From Lama glama (Eukaryota), in NCBI GenBank assembly GCA_028534125.1, contig CM052818.1, forward strand, positions 8,434,001-8,498,000: 64,000 nt of DNA, written 5' to 3'. A program made the translations under genes and the position numbers. The notes under the pieces are model-generated. The model made no database searches. It saw only the letters and a list, made by a program, of their open reading frames with translations, and was not told the origin of the DNA. This document shows positions 14,286 to 27,229 of the stretch, in pieces; the first letter of the stretch is position 1, and the number at the start of each line of letters is the position of its first letter.

Positions 14286-17224
14286 AATTCTGGTAGGTTC
14301 CTCATACATACTTAAAAAAAGTACTTGTTGCAGTGTAATTTGTTCTTAACCTTTAGCTAAAGTCAGCCACACTGAAAGAAGGTTAGCTATGTATGGGGAG
14401 ACAGGAAATTCCAGAAAATAAACTATTTTACAGGGAGACTAAATTAGCATTCAAAAGGTAAAGGCAAAATCGAAGGCATTCCAAAGAGACAGGCAGATAC
14501 AACTGATGCTGATTCCTCAGGCCCAGCTGTATCTTCTGCCTACAGTTCTGCAAAAATTTTCTTACATCATCGTAACAAGTTATCCCTTTTGCCTAAGCCA
14601 AAAAAAAAAAAAAATCAACAAAATGACTTGTTTCTATTAGTCATAACCGAAAGAGTTATTAGCCAATAGAACAGATAATACATACAGGATTGACCTGTAT
14701 GTATTTATTTAGTATTACTGAGGAACAGCATACTCTGATAAGTAAAGTATTCCAGTAAATAAAAACTTTATAGGTAACTTAAGCTAATCCCCAAACTCAG
14801 CCCCCCACACGCAGCTACCACTGAATGCAGTTTGTCACTTTATTTTACAAAGTGATTGTGTATTTATCATTGTATTCAGTAAAATTTTGAGCTTCATTCT
14901 TTTAAAGATTTTCCTAGGAAGATGTGAGACATTTTCAATTTACATATGAGGAAATTAATAGTTTGGTTGTGTGCTTATTGTTTTTCAGCATGAATGGCTC
15001 ACAGGCAGCATTCTGTAGAGTTTTGTAGACAGAAATAGAGGTAAGAAACTTTCTAGGAGGACTTTATGTACAAAAGCTGAAACGTGTGTTTGCTTTGTGA
15101 TTTAAATTCACTGCTGGAACCAATCAAGGGGATTGCTGTGTGTAACTCAGACTTTGGTTTACCCTGGGCTTCTCACAGTTTCTGCAATCTGTACTCAAAA
15201 ACATGCAAGTGTAAAACCTAGGTCTCTGCTAGAGCTTTCTGGAAAGAAGTAACAATATGAATGAGGCCTTGAGTTATTTAGCTGGGCCTTGAGATAAGAA
15301 AGAGGCTTCTACTTTTAAAAATGAAACAAGTGGACACTAGTATCATTGTCGATCGTTGGAGCTCCACCAATCAGGATCTTTGCAGGAGCCCTTCTCCACG
15401 TGACTGGGATCATCTCATCACTGAATATGCAGTGGGGCCTCCTCTCCATGTTATCAGAAGTGTAAGTTTAATTCATTTTAATTCTTTATTGTTATTGATA
15501 GTTGGCTGTTTATATTGTGATTTTTATGGAATTGGGTATATAGCGCTTAATAATAAACTTTTGCAGATGTTATCTGGCAGGAGTTTATGTTTCTAAGCTT
15601 TTATAATTTGAATTGCATTTTATACTAAGTTGCATGAATTATACCTAGAAGTTTAGAGTTATATACTTATTAACTTATATTCACAGCCAGTAAATTGTGA
15701 TCAGCCACCAGTGAGCCTAACTTATTTTATTTTATTGGATGCTTGTGTTTGTAACATCAGGTTACATCTCTAAACATTCGTTTTTTTCCTTCTAAGTTGT
15801 CTTAAAAAGTTATGGTTTTCTCATCTTACAAATGCAGAAATCTATGATTTGAAGTGAGGAGTTTATGAAGATTTATGACACTGAGGGGTCCTTAGCTGCC
15901 TTTGGGGATAGTTTGAAGTTTATTTGCAATATGAGTACGTGCTTATTATCTCTTTGTTTAAAACCTGGTCTTGGTTCTCACTCATGAATTTTCTTAAAAA
16001 TAAGTAGTTTCAGGTGACAGGTGGGGAAATTAATCATCTGGTTGAGCACTTGTCATTTTATAACAGTGAATAAATAGCCTCTGCAGTCAGCTGCTATTGA
16101 GTGAGGTTTGGCATTTTATCCCAAACAACTGTGGTGTAATATCCTTTTATTATTCAACTAAAATTTGAGCCTTTTTAAAGCTTTATTTGAACCATTGTCT
16201 CCTTTTCAATTTACAAGTAAAGAAAATAATTGGCCAAGAAGCATACCATTTTAAGCATCAAAACCCTAATTTTAATGGAAATATTTTGATATAAAAAACA
16301 CTTACCTGCTTTCCTAAACAGAATATTGTATACTAAGCGTAATAAGACTCTTTCATGTTGACTCCAGGTTGCCAAAATGGTCAAATATTTTACTAAGCTT
16401 TTAATGCTGCAAAGTCTTCAGGAATGAGTTGGAGATATATATGTATATATACACACAGGATCTATGATGAATGAGTCCCATACTACTGTGCTTTCTCAGC
16501 TGCCATTTGTCATTTTTTATTACTGTCAGTATGACATTATTTCTCATCTTCTTCCTTATTTCACACATAATTGTACAGTTAGTAGTTTTCAGTTTCTTCC
16601 TTTCTTTCTTTCGGTTTGGCAACGGTCCAGTTTTTTTTTTCCCCCCAGTGAAACCTTACAAAAATATATAAAATAAAAAGACTTGTGCTGTGGAAGTGCA
16701 ATAGGGGGTCTACTGCTCTGCTGCTTAGCCTCCATACCTGCTTTCCAGTGCACAACACCAAGGTGTCTGATGGAACCTCAGGCCACCACCAAACAGTTCA
16801 ATATCACTGGTCAAACCTAAGAGTGACTTTCTCTATCCTGAGGGATAAATTTTGGCGGGAAATGTCATCTGGTATCAAAAGGCAATTAACAAAAAAATCC
16901 ATGATCTCATTATTCAGTAACCTCTATTAGTATAACAAACAAAAATATAAGCAAAACATTTAAGGTTCAAAATGTAAACAATATAGAAAGGTTAATAAGG
17001 AAAAGAAATGCCTTCCTCAATCTTGCACATACCCTCCATCTCATCAAGACCCTTCTCAAAGGTAACCATGATTAAGTTACTTGTGATTTCTTCCATAGTG
17101 TATATGAGCATGCATGTGCACATGTGTGAATAAAGCCTTGTAAATAAAACTTTACACATGCACAAGCTATCATATTATACTTCGTTATGCACTTTGCTTT
17201 TTTTCATTTAATAATATATCAGCT

Positions 17225-17412
17225 ATAAACAAGATTATACTGTATAGCACAGGGAAATATATACAAGATCTTATGGTAGCTCACAGAGAAAAACATGTGA
17301 CAATGAATATATATATGTTCATGTATAACTGAAAAATTGTGCTCTACACTGGAATTTGACACAACATTGTAAAATGATTATAAATCAATAAAAAAAGTTA
17401 AAAAAAAAAAAA
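17225..17412 (+). mobile_element. Young lineage-specific L1 3' end with poly(A)
   Basis: Highly similar to 35184-35316; has AATAAA and an A-tail. Confidence 0.85.
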
Positions 17413-18796
17413 GGTTCCTTTCCACTTTCCTAAGAAGAGATTAGCATTAGCTTCATACTCCAATGGACTGTGGAAGGGGGATGGGGCAGGGAGTAGGCAA
17501 CAAAATAGAGATTCAGGGAAACAAGGTGTAGGTGTAAGTGTTCTTGATGGTTAGGATGGGTGAGGAAACTAAATAGCTTCTTGATTCTGACTAATGCCTC
17601 AGTTATTGTATTTTTGCTCTCGTGGGTACAGGAATTGGCCATCTCCTTTGCTTAAAATTTATTTCTACTATCTGCTGCTTTCACTTACAGACTCCACTTC
17701 CACCTTCCCTATCCAATAGCAAGACAGAATTTAGTTTCTCCTCCTAAAGCTACCTGATAGCTAAAAACACCTGATATAAAAACACATACCTGGAGATTGG
17801 CTTCTGGAATGGCAGAGTGAGGACCTCAGTGAACTCACTCTCCCTCTAAAACAACGAAAATACAAGCAAATAAACTATTTCAGAACTTTGGCATTCAATG
17901 AAAGCTACAGAATGAACTATAAAATCCAAGAGAAACTACTGAACAAAGATACTCTTGAGAAAAGCCCAGGTATTTGAGGTGGAATATGGTCCAAATACCA
18001 CACAAATACTGAAAACACCAGTTCCAATCCTGTCTACTGGCTGAGGGACCTGTGACCGTCACTTAATGCCTCTGAGTTCAAGTTCATCTCATTTCCCCCT
18101 ATCTACCTGTGAGAATTAAATAATGTAATGTGGTAACAACAACAAAACACTCATGGGTATGGATATGAGCTATTTATGTAAAAAAAAAAACTTGTTAATC
18201 CAATCTCTACCTCACACATGGAAGATAAACTATTTGCAGTCAAGCCATTTAAAAGCTTTAGATTCTGTTCCAACACTGTGCTTTACCTTTCCATGTAGTT
18301 ATTAATGCATTGTTTCTCAAAAAAAGAGGGACAATAAAGCCACAATTGTAACCTGACATCCATCTCAAAGTGACAATTCTGAAATTCTTTGGCAAAGCAT
18401 TTCTCTGCCCTAAGTCTTAATCTTTCCAGTACATTTCTCAAAGGACAATTTCTACTCCTTCCTCTATATCCTCTATATTAGCGTAAGCTGTCTTTCACAC
18501 CTAGCTGCTTTAGAGTTTCCTTTCTTCGCAGCAACAATCCTACAATTATAATGTCTTTTTCCCTCTGATTTCAAACAGCATCTTAAAAACAAATCTTAAC
18601 CCAAACTATCCAATCCATACTGTACCATAAATTTATAGGCTCCCAAACATATATACAATGTTGCAGCATAGTGGATTTACTTATACTTTACTTTTTCATC
18701 ATCAAAAATAGTTAACTGATTTTTCTCAACATGAATTACACCTCACGGGGAAAAGAACAAACACTAATACATATTTTACTAAGATTAGACTCCTAC

Positions 18797-18986
18797 CTTA
18801 GGAGAAGTGGAGATATCTCTTCCTGCAGAAACAACTGTGTTTTCATTCACTCCTCCTGTCATTGGTGAGACGGTTGGTGGGGCTGGGGCTTTTCTTTTTA
18901 CTCTCCTTTCAGTTTCCACTTCTTGAATTGGATTTACCAAATTATTTGGAGGAGGAGTTGGTTTAGGCTCATAAAAAGGATTTGTT
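18797..18986 (-). CDS. EHBP1: EHBP1 internal coding exon (190 nt), NPF motif 5 and proline-rich KRKAPAPP segment
   Basis: Translation (E)TNPFYEPKPTPPPNNLVNPIQEVETERRVKRKAPAPPTVSPMTGGVNENTVVSAGRDISTSPK, visible in ORF 18785..19012. Acceptor catttag|A, donor AAG|gtagga; phase 2 to 0. Confidence 0.97.
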
Positions 18987-19409
18987 CTAAATGAAAGAAG
19001 AATTAGTGTCAAATGTCTCTATCAAAATAGTTTATTCCCAACTAAAATACTAAAATATTTTCACTTTTAAAATTAGAAAAAAACTGAAAATGATAAGGAA
19101 AAACCCAAACCAATTATAACTCAAAATCTGGAAACAATCAGTTAGTCTTTTTTTAAATCATTAACAGTAAAACTTCCTCTTTTAAAAAGTATTTTAAAAC
19201 TTTAAAAATAAAACTCACACTCAGTTCTGCCATAATACAGAGTCTTATAAAAATGTTTATAATAGTAAATCCTATATATTCTCCACACCTAAGGAAAAGG
19301 AAGTAAGATGAGTTAATACTAATTCGTCTTTTTTTTTTTATGCTCCTGTCACACCAAGCATTTTTTCCCTTGCATTTCAATGCTTCCCCTGTATTAAATT
19401 CCCTTCTCA

Positions 19410-20460
19410 TAAGGGGACATGTTTTAGAAGTTCATTCAATGAAGTTCCTTTAATAGCAAATTCTTCCAGGCATTGAAAATGTCTTTATGCCAGCCTCATA
19501 CTTAAACGATATTTCAGCTGGGTAGAGAATTTTAGTTGTTAGTTAATTCATCTCAGTGTTTTGAAGTATTAGCCTACTGTTGGTTTAATATTGCTCTTTT
19601 GTAAGTCATCTTTTGTCTCTGGTTGCTGTTAAGATCTCTTTATTTCTAGTTTTGAGCTATTTTACTATGATATGTCTAAGAGTGAATTTCTTATAATTTA
19701 TCCTATTTCAGACTCTGTATTTCCTGAGTCTGGAGATTCATGTTTCACTAGTTCTGAAAAATTATCAGCCATTATCTCTTTGACAGTCTCCTCTTTATTC
19801 TATTTTCTTTACAAAATCTTATTAGACATATGTTGAATTACCTCTCTCCTTCATATTTTCACAAATTTTTATTCCTTCCTGTGCTACATTCCAGAAAATT
19901 CCTTCACATCTATGTTCCAGTTAAATTTTTTTTTATCTGTGTCTCATGCTCAATTCTCCATGAATTTTTAATTTCAATAAGTGTATCTCTTCACATGGCT
20001 GTGAGAGTAATACCTCAGGTACAGAGATTTGAGTCATTAATCATTTGTACATATTTCATAGTCTCTATCTGATAAATCTATTATCTGAAATCCTTGCATA
20101 CATAATCTTGGTATTTTTTCTGTCTCCTGACTCTTTCTCTTAGTAAACTATTTCCTTGTGTATTTTGTAATTGTAGATTGTGAGTTTAGGGCTTACTCTG
20201 AGGAAATTCTGTGTAGTCAAAACTGGGAGTGCCTCTCTTCAGAGTGTTCTATGCTTGCATTTACCAAGCACTTTAGGAGCCACTTTGTTACTTTCTTGGC
20301 TTGGAGGTTCTCAGACCATCCTGCCAATATAACATCAAGTCTACATGAGGGTGGGCCTGTGTTTGTAACTTCTTAGGGAATACTTTTTTTTTCCTCTACC
20401 TAAAGGCAGAAAATCTTCCTGTTAACTCCCTTTATAAGTAGATATTGTTTCTAGGTAAGT
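19410..20460 (-). mobile_element. Old L1 (5'/ORF1-region) fragment
   Basis: gaaaatgtctttat...tcagctgggtagagaatttt...ttttactatgatatgtctaag...aaattatcagccattatctctt; parallels 27530-28400. Confidence 0.6.
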
Positions 20461-21206
20461 TATTCATAAACACAAGTATCTGGTATTTATGATGATTATT
20501 CTTCCTATTATATAGTAATAAATTGTTATTCTGGTTATTATTTATTAGTTCGTTACATTTTTCCCTAACACCAGTCAGTTCCCTAGTGTTCAATATCCTG
20601 CATGCACAGTAACAATAGAAGTTCTGAGTCTATAAAGCTAAGATATAATATAATTACACCCAAATATAATTACACCAAGGGGATTCCACCTAGTCACATA
20701 AGGTCTGTGGTGGCAGCTTTCTGTGTTCAGTTATGCACGTTTTCTTGAACTGCAAATGTACCAGATTCATTTAGAACCAAAAACCAAGTATCTGTACCTT
20801 TGCCTAAAGACAGCTCACACTAGACTCTGGGTACAGACTCTAGACCAGAGAGGGGAAATATATCATACTTGTGACATCATTTTCACTCTATACTCATTGC
20901 AACAGTTAGTGTCATGGGACTCCTTCCCACTGAGCTAGGGGCACAGCCTAAGAAGCTCTCCCACCTCTGCTCAGGATAGGTGGTTTTAACTAAGTGGAGT
21001 TGGCGCCTATATAAAAACCTATTTCCTGTTCTTCATTTTCTTATGCCTGTGCGTTCAAGAGGAAAAGAACATGAAATAGATATAGGCATTTGAAAATTAG
21101 CTTTTCAGACCAAAATATTTTTGTTTAGTTACCGAGATATGCTTTAAGTATTCATATCTTATGCTTACCACCTACAGAACTTGGAAAAATTAAGCAAGAA
21201 ACAATG

Positions 21207-21350
21207 GTTTTTTTTTAACTTCTTGTTTTTAATTGTGGGGGGGTAATTAGATTTACCTATTTGTTTTTTAGAGGAAGTACTGAGGATTGAATGCAGGACC
21301 TCGTGTATGCTAAGCATGTGCTCTACCACTTGAACTATACTCTCCCTCCT
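21207..21350 (-). mobile_element. Vic-1-type camelid tRNA-derived SINE
   Basis: Reverse complement GGGAGAGTATAGTTCAAGTGGTAGAGCACATGCTTAGCATACACGAGGTCCTGCATTCAATCCTCAGTAC has A/B boxes. TSD aagaaacaatg at 21196-21206 and 21352-21362. Confidence 0.85.
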
Positions 21351-22714
21351 AAAGAAACAATGTTAAAATAAGTAGGTGTGCAGAAAAAGCTGAATGTCCT
21401 TTGTCAAAAGAGGCAGAAAATGGATCACATCCAACTTAGAATGGAGAGATTACCAATAATATTAACTAACATTTATAAAGTGCTTACATTGTTTTAAGTG
21501 TTTTATGTCTATTAAACCTATTTAATCCTTATAACAATCTTGTTTATCCCTCTAATTTTATCAGTAGCCTTATATACTTATTTTTCAAACTCTAAGAGTA
21601 GTTCAAAGAGAGGTAAATACAAAGAAATGGGGTAAAAACAAGAAATGTTTTAAAACTCCAAAACTTGGAAAAAGAGAAAAAAGAAATCTTCCCTCTCCCC
21701 CTCAAAGCTTACTATTTGCTAGCCGATGTCAAATGTTTCAGGACTGAAGAAACACACTTCAATCTAACTGAATTAACTGAGTCATGTGAATTATTTGGGT
21801 GATATTTAAAAAAATTATTCCTGGTTAAATTTCTTTATAACAAATTTTCACTGTACTTTGTTAAGATGGTAGCTGCTATAATAATCACTATTAATTTATT
21901 ATGTAAGAATGGTTAGTTTTAAGAAAAAAACTCAGAGGTGCTAGAGGACAATATTTTCTATTACAAAAGAATTTGTGTCTAACAGGAAAAAAATGACAGA
22001 ATTCCTTAAAACAGGCAATTCTTCAGTGCACTTTATATAACTGAATTTACAATACTCAGTTGCATGTAACTTTTATAAAACTTATCTAGTAGGTATACAA
22101 CGATAGATATTGTCCCTTTTCTTCATGTCTCTGTCTCAGTCTAACTATCTGAATATTGGTATTCTTTGTATGTTGAAGGTAAACGCAAGTCAGAAAAAAA
22201 GCTCAAATCAACTGATTTCCAAAGTTGGTTCCTTAGGCTCATACCTGAAACATAATCAAAATGAGTATTTTCTTGAAACCATTAGAGCTGTGTTTCTCAA
22301 TCTGTTTTTACAGTGTGACATGTAGTAAAAATGAAATTTATATGACATGCTAGAGTAAACACAGGAAGCTGCTGGAAAATGAAGATACTAAGGACCTCCA
22401 AACCGTGCCTGACAGCCAAGAGGACTAAGGGAATCAGTATCTCTACACTCAATCCACCTGTGAGACAACAACATTCTAGGCACCACTGGTCAGGTCCTAA
22501 ATCAGAGTAAGGACAAGAAACCTCTACTTATAGGGGCTTTGAATGATCCTCCATGTAAGTAACAGATTTCTAACTAAAACTGAATTTCCTACTCTTTAAA
22601 AATGAACATAGTATTGCTATCCTGTCTATGAGTTTCTCATTACACTGCTGCTGGCCTTACATGTTTAGAATAATGTAGTATTCACACAATACTATAAAAA
22701 AAAAGGAATGAACA

Positions 22715-22990
22715 GAAAATACTTCCATGTATATGAAATATCCAAAACAGTCAAATCCATATACACAAAAGGTAAATTAGTGGTTTCCAGGAGATGGTGA
22801 AAGGGATTAATCAGGATTAACTACTAATAGATATTAGATTTCTTTTTGGGGTGACAAAAATGTTCTGAAATTAGACAATGACTGATGATGGTTGCACAAC
22901 ACAGTGAACAAACTAGAAACCACTGAAGTGTACACTTTAAAATGTGGAATTTTGTTATGTAAAGTACATCTCAAGTTAAAAAGTGCTATT
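22715..22990 (+). mobile_element. Old L1 (L1MB/ME-like) 3' end
   Basis: tgaaatatccaaaacagtcaaatccata...ttagtggtttccagg...ttttggggtgacaaaaatgttctgaaattaga...gatggttgcacaac. Confidence 0.75.
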
Positions 22991-25329
22991 TAAAAAAGAG
23001 TATATAGGAATAGTACACATATATATGGTTGTGAACACTGTTCCCTTCTCTGTAAGAATTATGTAATTTCTGATAAATGCATTTTAAAAATACCTGAACT
23101 GTATTTTAGTAAAAAAATTATTTAAGAAATTAGCATAATTTCCACATACTCTTGATCATCTAGGACCCAAATAATCTATTTCAAGTCTTCTTACATCACT
23201 TTGAATAAATAAGAATTATTTTTATCCTTGTACTGTGTATTTAGTAATAGATTAGTTATATCATTAATTCATTGTGAATTAAAAATTCATCAGTTACATT
23301 AACTGGAAAATTGGACAGAATAATTTTAAATGACATTATTCATTGTTTAGAAAATAATTTACCCAAGAAAAAGAATTACAGAAAGAAAAACTAAAGTTGA
23401 TTACAAACAGGATTAATAAACATACTGAAGCAAGGGTGCAGCAAAATCTGTAGTATTTTCCTCTCGCTTTAAAAATTTATTTTTCTTTGGAAAAACAATC
23501 CATATTAAAAAAAAAAAAAAAGAGTGTGTAGCTTCCCTGACTAAAATTCAATGGCAACTTACCTTGAGAAACTGACATACAACTATACCAGAAATGATTT
23601 CATGCTGGACCTCAAAAGTCACTTCATAAATGTTTTGGAAAATATTATTGCTTTATCAGTTTTCATTTCTGCTACATAACTGGAATAGATGAACTAACCC
23701 CCCAAAATGAGAAAACTGAGAAACCCATGCAGTTGCCAAGTGTAAAGGACACATGCCAAAAGCACTGAAAGGTATATACTTCCTCTTGGAGGGGATAGCT
23801 ATGCTGAGGTTCTGAAAGTGTTTTACCCATCAAAAAACTCAGCACTATTTATTTGTGATAGTTTTATGTCAGAGGATACATGAAGAGTTTGGTAATGAAA
23901 GATGAGTCATGTAGGCTTTTCATTTGATGAAAGGTCGTAAGTTCATTATTGAAGTAAGAAAATGTTTTAGAAGATTTCTGCTACTGAAGTTGAACCTACA
24001 AACTTCTGGAGAAAAACAGGAGAAATACCAAGTAAGTAATTAATACAAATAGAGCTCTTCTTGGATATTAGCCGATGAGAAATCTCTAGAATTTATATAT
24101 TCCTACAAAAAAGCTGAATGTTACAGACTACCTCTGGTAACCTCAGGTGATTGAGCAATTTAGAATGCTTTTTATTCATAGGAAACTTGTAAAGACTGTG
24201 ACTTTCATGTGGAAAAAAAGAATGGTCAAAAGCAAACACTCAGTAATTCTGATTTTAGTTTTTATTAAGGTATTTAAAAGTTTAAGCAAACATTAGATGT
24301 CTCTTTAATTTGTTAATAGGAGAGAGCAGGGTGTGTGCATGTTGTGTAATACCCATGCATCTTGGAATGACTGAATGCTTGTATTTAAAGTTTGCATTTA
24401 CATTCAAATACTCTAGGTGTGTGGCTATTACTCAGCACCTACACCACCCATGAGAAATTTTATTTTGATCCCACGTTAGCTATTTCAAAGAAAACAAATA
24501 TAATAACTTAACCAAGAGGTGAGCCAACTTTTTCAACCCCTGTATAGTTATTAATTAATATTGAGATCTCAACCTGAGTTTGGAATCAGGTTAGTATGAT
24601 GTAATTCTCATACTTTTAGAAGGTTAGAACTTTTTTAGGTTTTATCAAAATGTAGCCATGCCCAATGGGGAAGCATGCAGGACATGTGAGAGTCATTAGC
24701 CATGTATTATAAAATGGGAAAAGGTTGAGAAATGCAGTTCCAGAGCAACAGAAAGCAAGTCAACTACCTCATTCTTTCAAACAAAAGTCTTTCGAATATT
24801 TGAACTTGGTTATTATAGTTCCTTAAATTGTTTCTTTTCTAAGTCAAACAGTCCCTAGGCCCTCAATCACTGTTCATTCGACATGATCATTTTAATGACT
24901 CTGGACATTTTAATGATTCTGTTGCTCTACTCTGTTAATGCTCTGAATTATCAATGTCCCTTGTAAAGTGCAATGCTTAGAAGTAAAATACTGCTCAAAA
25001 GTGGAGCGGACCAATACACAGGAGAGAGATGACATTTTTCCCTTCACACAAAGCAACTACTCCCAACTTTCATACATCAAAGGAGCCTTTTTATCACTTC
25101 CCTCTCAACCTATCTATCCCATATTTTGAAAGACTTTCCTACTAAACTGTATTTTTAAAGAAATAATAATTTCCTTCAAGATCTAAATAATGTTAACATA
25201 CTAAAATTCAGTATTTCCAAGGAAAGCAAAGACACATACAGCCCCACTGCAAATAACATGTAATTATTATTCAGGTTTTTTAAAATGTTCAATTCTATAA
25301 AATTAAAGATTGCTGTGTGTAGGTTTTCT

Positions 25330-27200
25330 TTTAAACAGTTTTATTTAGTTATAACTTATAAAAAGTATAACTTGATGAAGTTTTTACATATGTATACAAG
25401 TGTGAACCTGTCCACACAATCAAGATAAATATTTCCATTTCTGCAAAAGTTTCTTTGTGCTCTTTTTAATTCCTCTCTTCCTCTACCTCCAACCATAGGC
25501 AATTCTCGTCTGCTTTCTCTCAATACAGATGGTTTGTATTTTCTAGAGTTTTAATAAAGGGAATGATACAGTTTGTGTTCTTTTTCAGCCTGGCTTCTTT
25601 CACTTGGCATAACTTTTACATTCATCCATGTAGTTACATGTATCAATAGTTTTTTTATTACTGAGTACTATTCCACTGTATGGATATACCACAATTTGTT
25701 TATCTATTTGCCTATTTATGGACATTGGGATTATTCTTATTCCTTGCTGTTATGATAAATAAAGCGGTTGAAATAGTCACATACAAATCTTTTTGTGGAC
25801 ATATGCTTTGATTTCTCTTGGGTAAATACCTAGGAATGGAATGACTAGGTTGAATGATAGATATATGTTTAACTTTTCAAGAAACTGCTTAACTGTTTTC
25901 TAAAATGGTTGTAATATTTAGAATTTTGAGAGCTCTGTGAGAGTATCAGTGGTTCCATGTCCCTGACAGTATTTGGTATAGTAAGTCTTTTAAATTTTAG
26001 CAATGCAAGTGGGAGTATAGTGGCACCTTACATGGTTTTAATTTGCATTTATTTCCTTGATGACTAAGATGTTGAATATCTTTCTGTGTGCACATTGGCC
26101 ACTCTTTTATCTTGTTTTGGTGAAATGCCTGCTTAAATCTTTTCCATCTTAAAAAAAATACTTTGTCTTATTATTGAGTCAAAAGAGTTCTTCGCATTTT
26201 CTTGATAGAAGTCTTGCCTGATAGGTGTTCTGCAAAGAATTTTGGCCAAACTGTGGCATACCTTTTTAGTTTCATAAGTTTTTTTTAAGAGATAAAGGTT
26301 TTAATTTTGATGAAGCCCAAGTTAAACATTTTTTGCCTTTGACTCTGTGTTCTTTGGGTTCTATTCAAGAAATTTTTGCCTAACCCAGGTTCACTAAGAT
26401 TTTTCTCCTACACTTTCTTTTCAAAATTCTAGTGTTTTTGTTTTTACTTTTAGATATAGGATCTATTTTTAGTTAAATTTTGTATTTGCTGTGAAGTAAG
26501 GATTGTAGTTCTTTCTTTCTGGAGGAGGGAAGGGGGATATAGACCTCTGTCTGTTCCAGCATTATTTGTTGTAAAGATTATCCTTTCCTGATTTCCCTTG
26601 CTAGTTTTGTCAAAAATCAATTTGCAATATGTGTGAGGATCTATTTCTAGATTTGCATATTCTCTTCCATCGAACTATGTTTACTTTTAAGCCAATCCAC
26701 GAAGTCGTGGTTATGAGTCTTGAAATTGGGTAGTGTTAAGTCCTCCAACTTTGTTCTTTATCAAAATTGTTTTGGCTATTCTTGGTTCACTGCATTTCTA
26801 TACACATTTTAGAATTAGCTTATCAACTACTACCAAAAAGTATACCAAAATTTTTATTAGGATAGCACTGAATCTGTATATTAGTTTGAATCTGTACATC
26901 AGTTTGAATCCATGGTGACAGTATTTCTCTCCATTGACTTCTCTCAGCAATCTTTTGTTGTTTTCAGCATACAGGTATTGCCCATTCGTGTTCAAATTTA
27001 TCCCTGAGTTTTGTTTGGGATGCTTTTATATACTGTATTTTAGAATTTTCTATTTCTGACTGTTCATTGTTACTACTGAGGAATACATCTGAATTTGTAT
27101 ATTGATCTTGTATCCTATAACATAGCTAAATTTACTTTTTAATTCTAATAGACTTTTTAGAGATTCCTTTGCATTTTTCTACTTAATTATGTCATCTGTG
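25330..27200 (-). mobile_element. Old L1 (L1MB/MC-like) 3' UTR and ORF2 relic
   Basis: ttccactgtatggatataccacaatttgtttatc...cttgggtaaatacctagga...gttttaatttgcattt...ctccaactttgttcttt. Confidence 0.85.
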
Positions 27201-27229
27201 AAAAAAATATAGTACTGTATATCTTTAAG

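Noticed and set aside
1..18796. Next EHBP1 exons (CH domain, PSPIPSPVLG...)
   Set aside because: No such coding sequence seen; this intron continues beyond the window. The upstream C2 exons are likewise not seen in 53387-64000.
21240..21350. tRNA gene (also 35640-35716)
   Set aside because: tRNA-like head is followed by a SINE tail and TSDs and is degenerate; it is a SINE.
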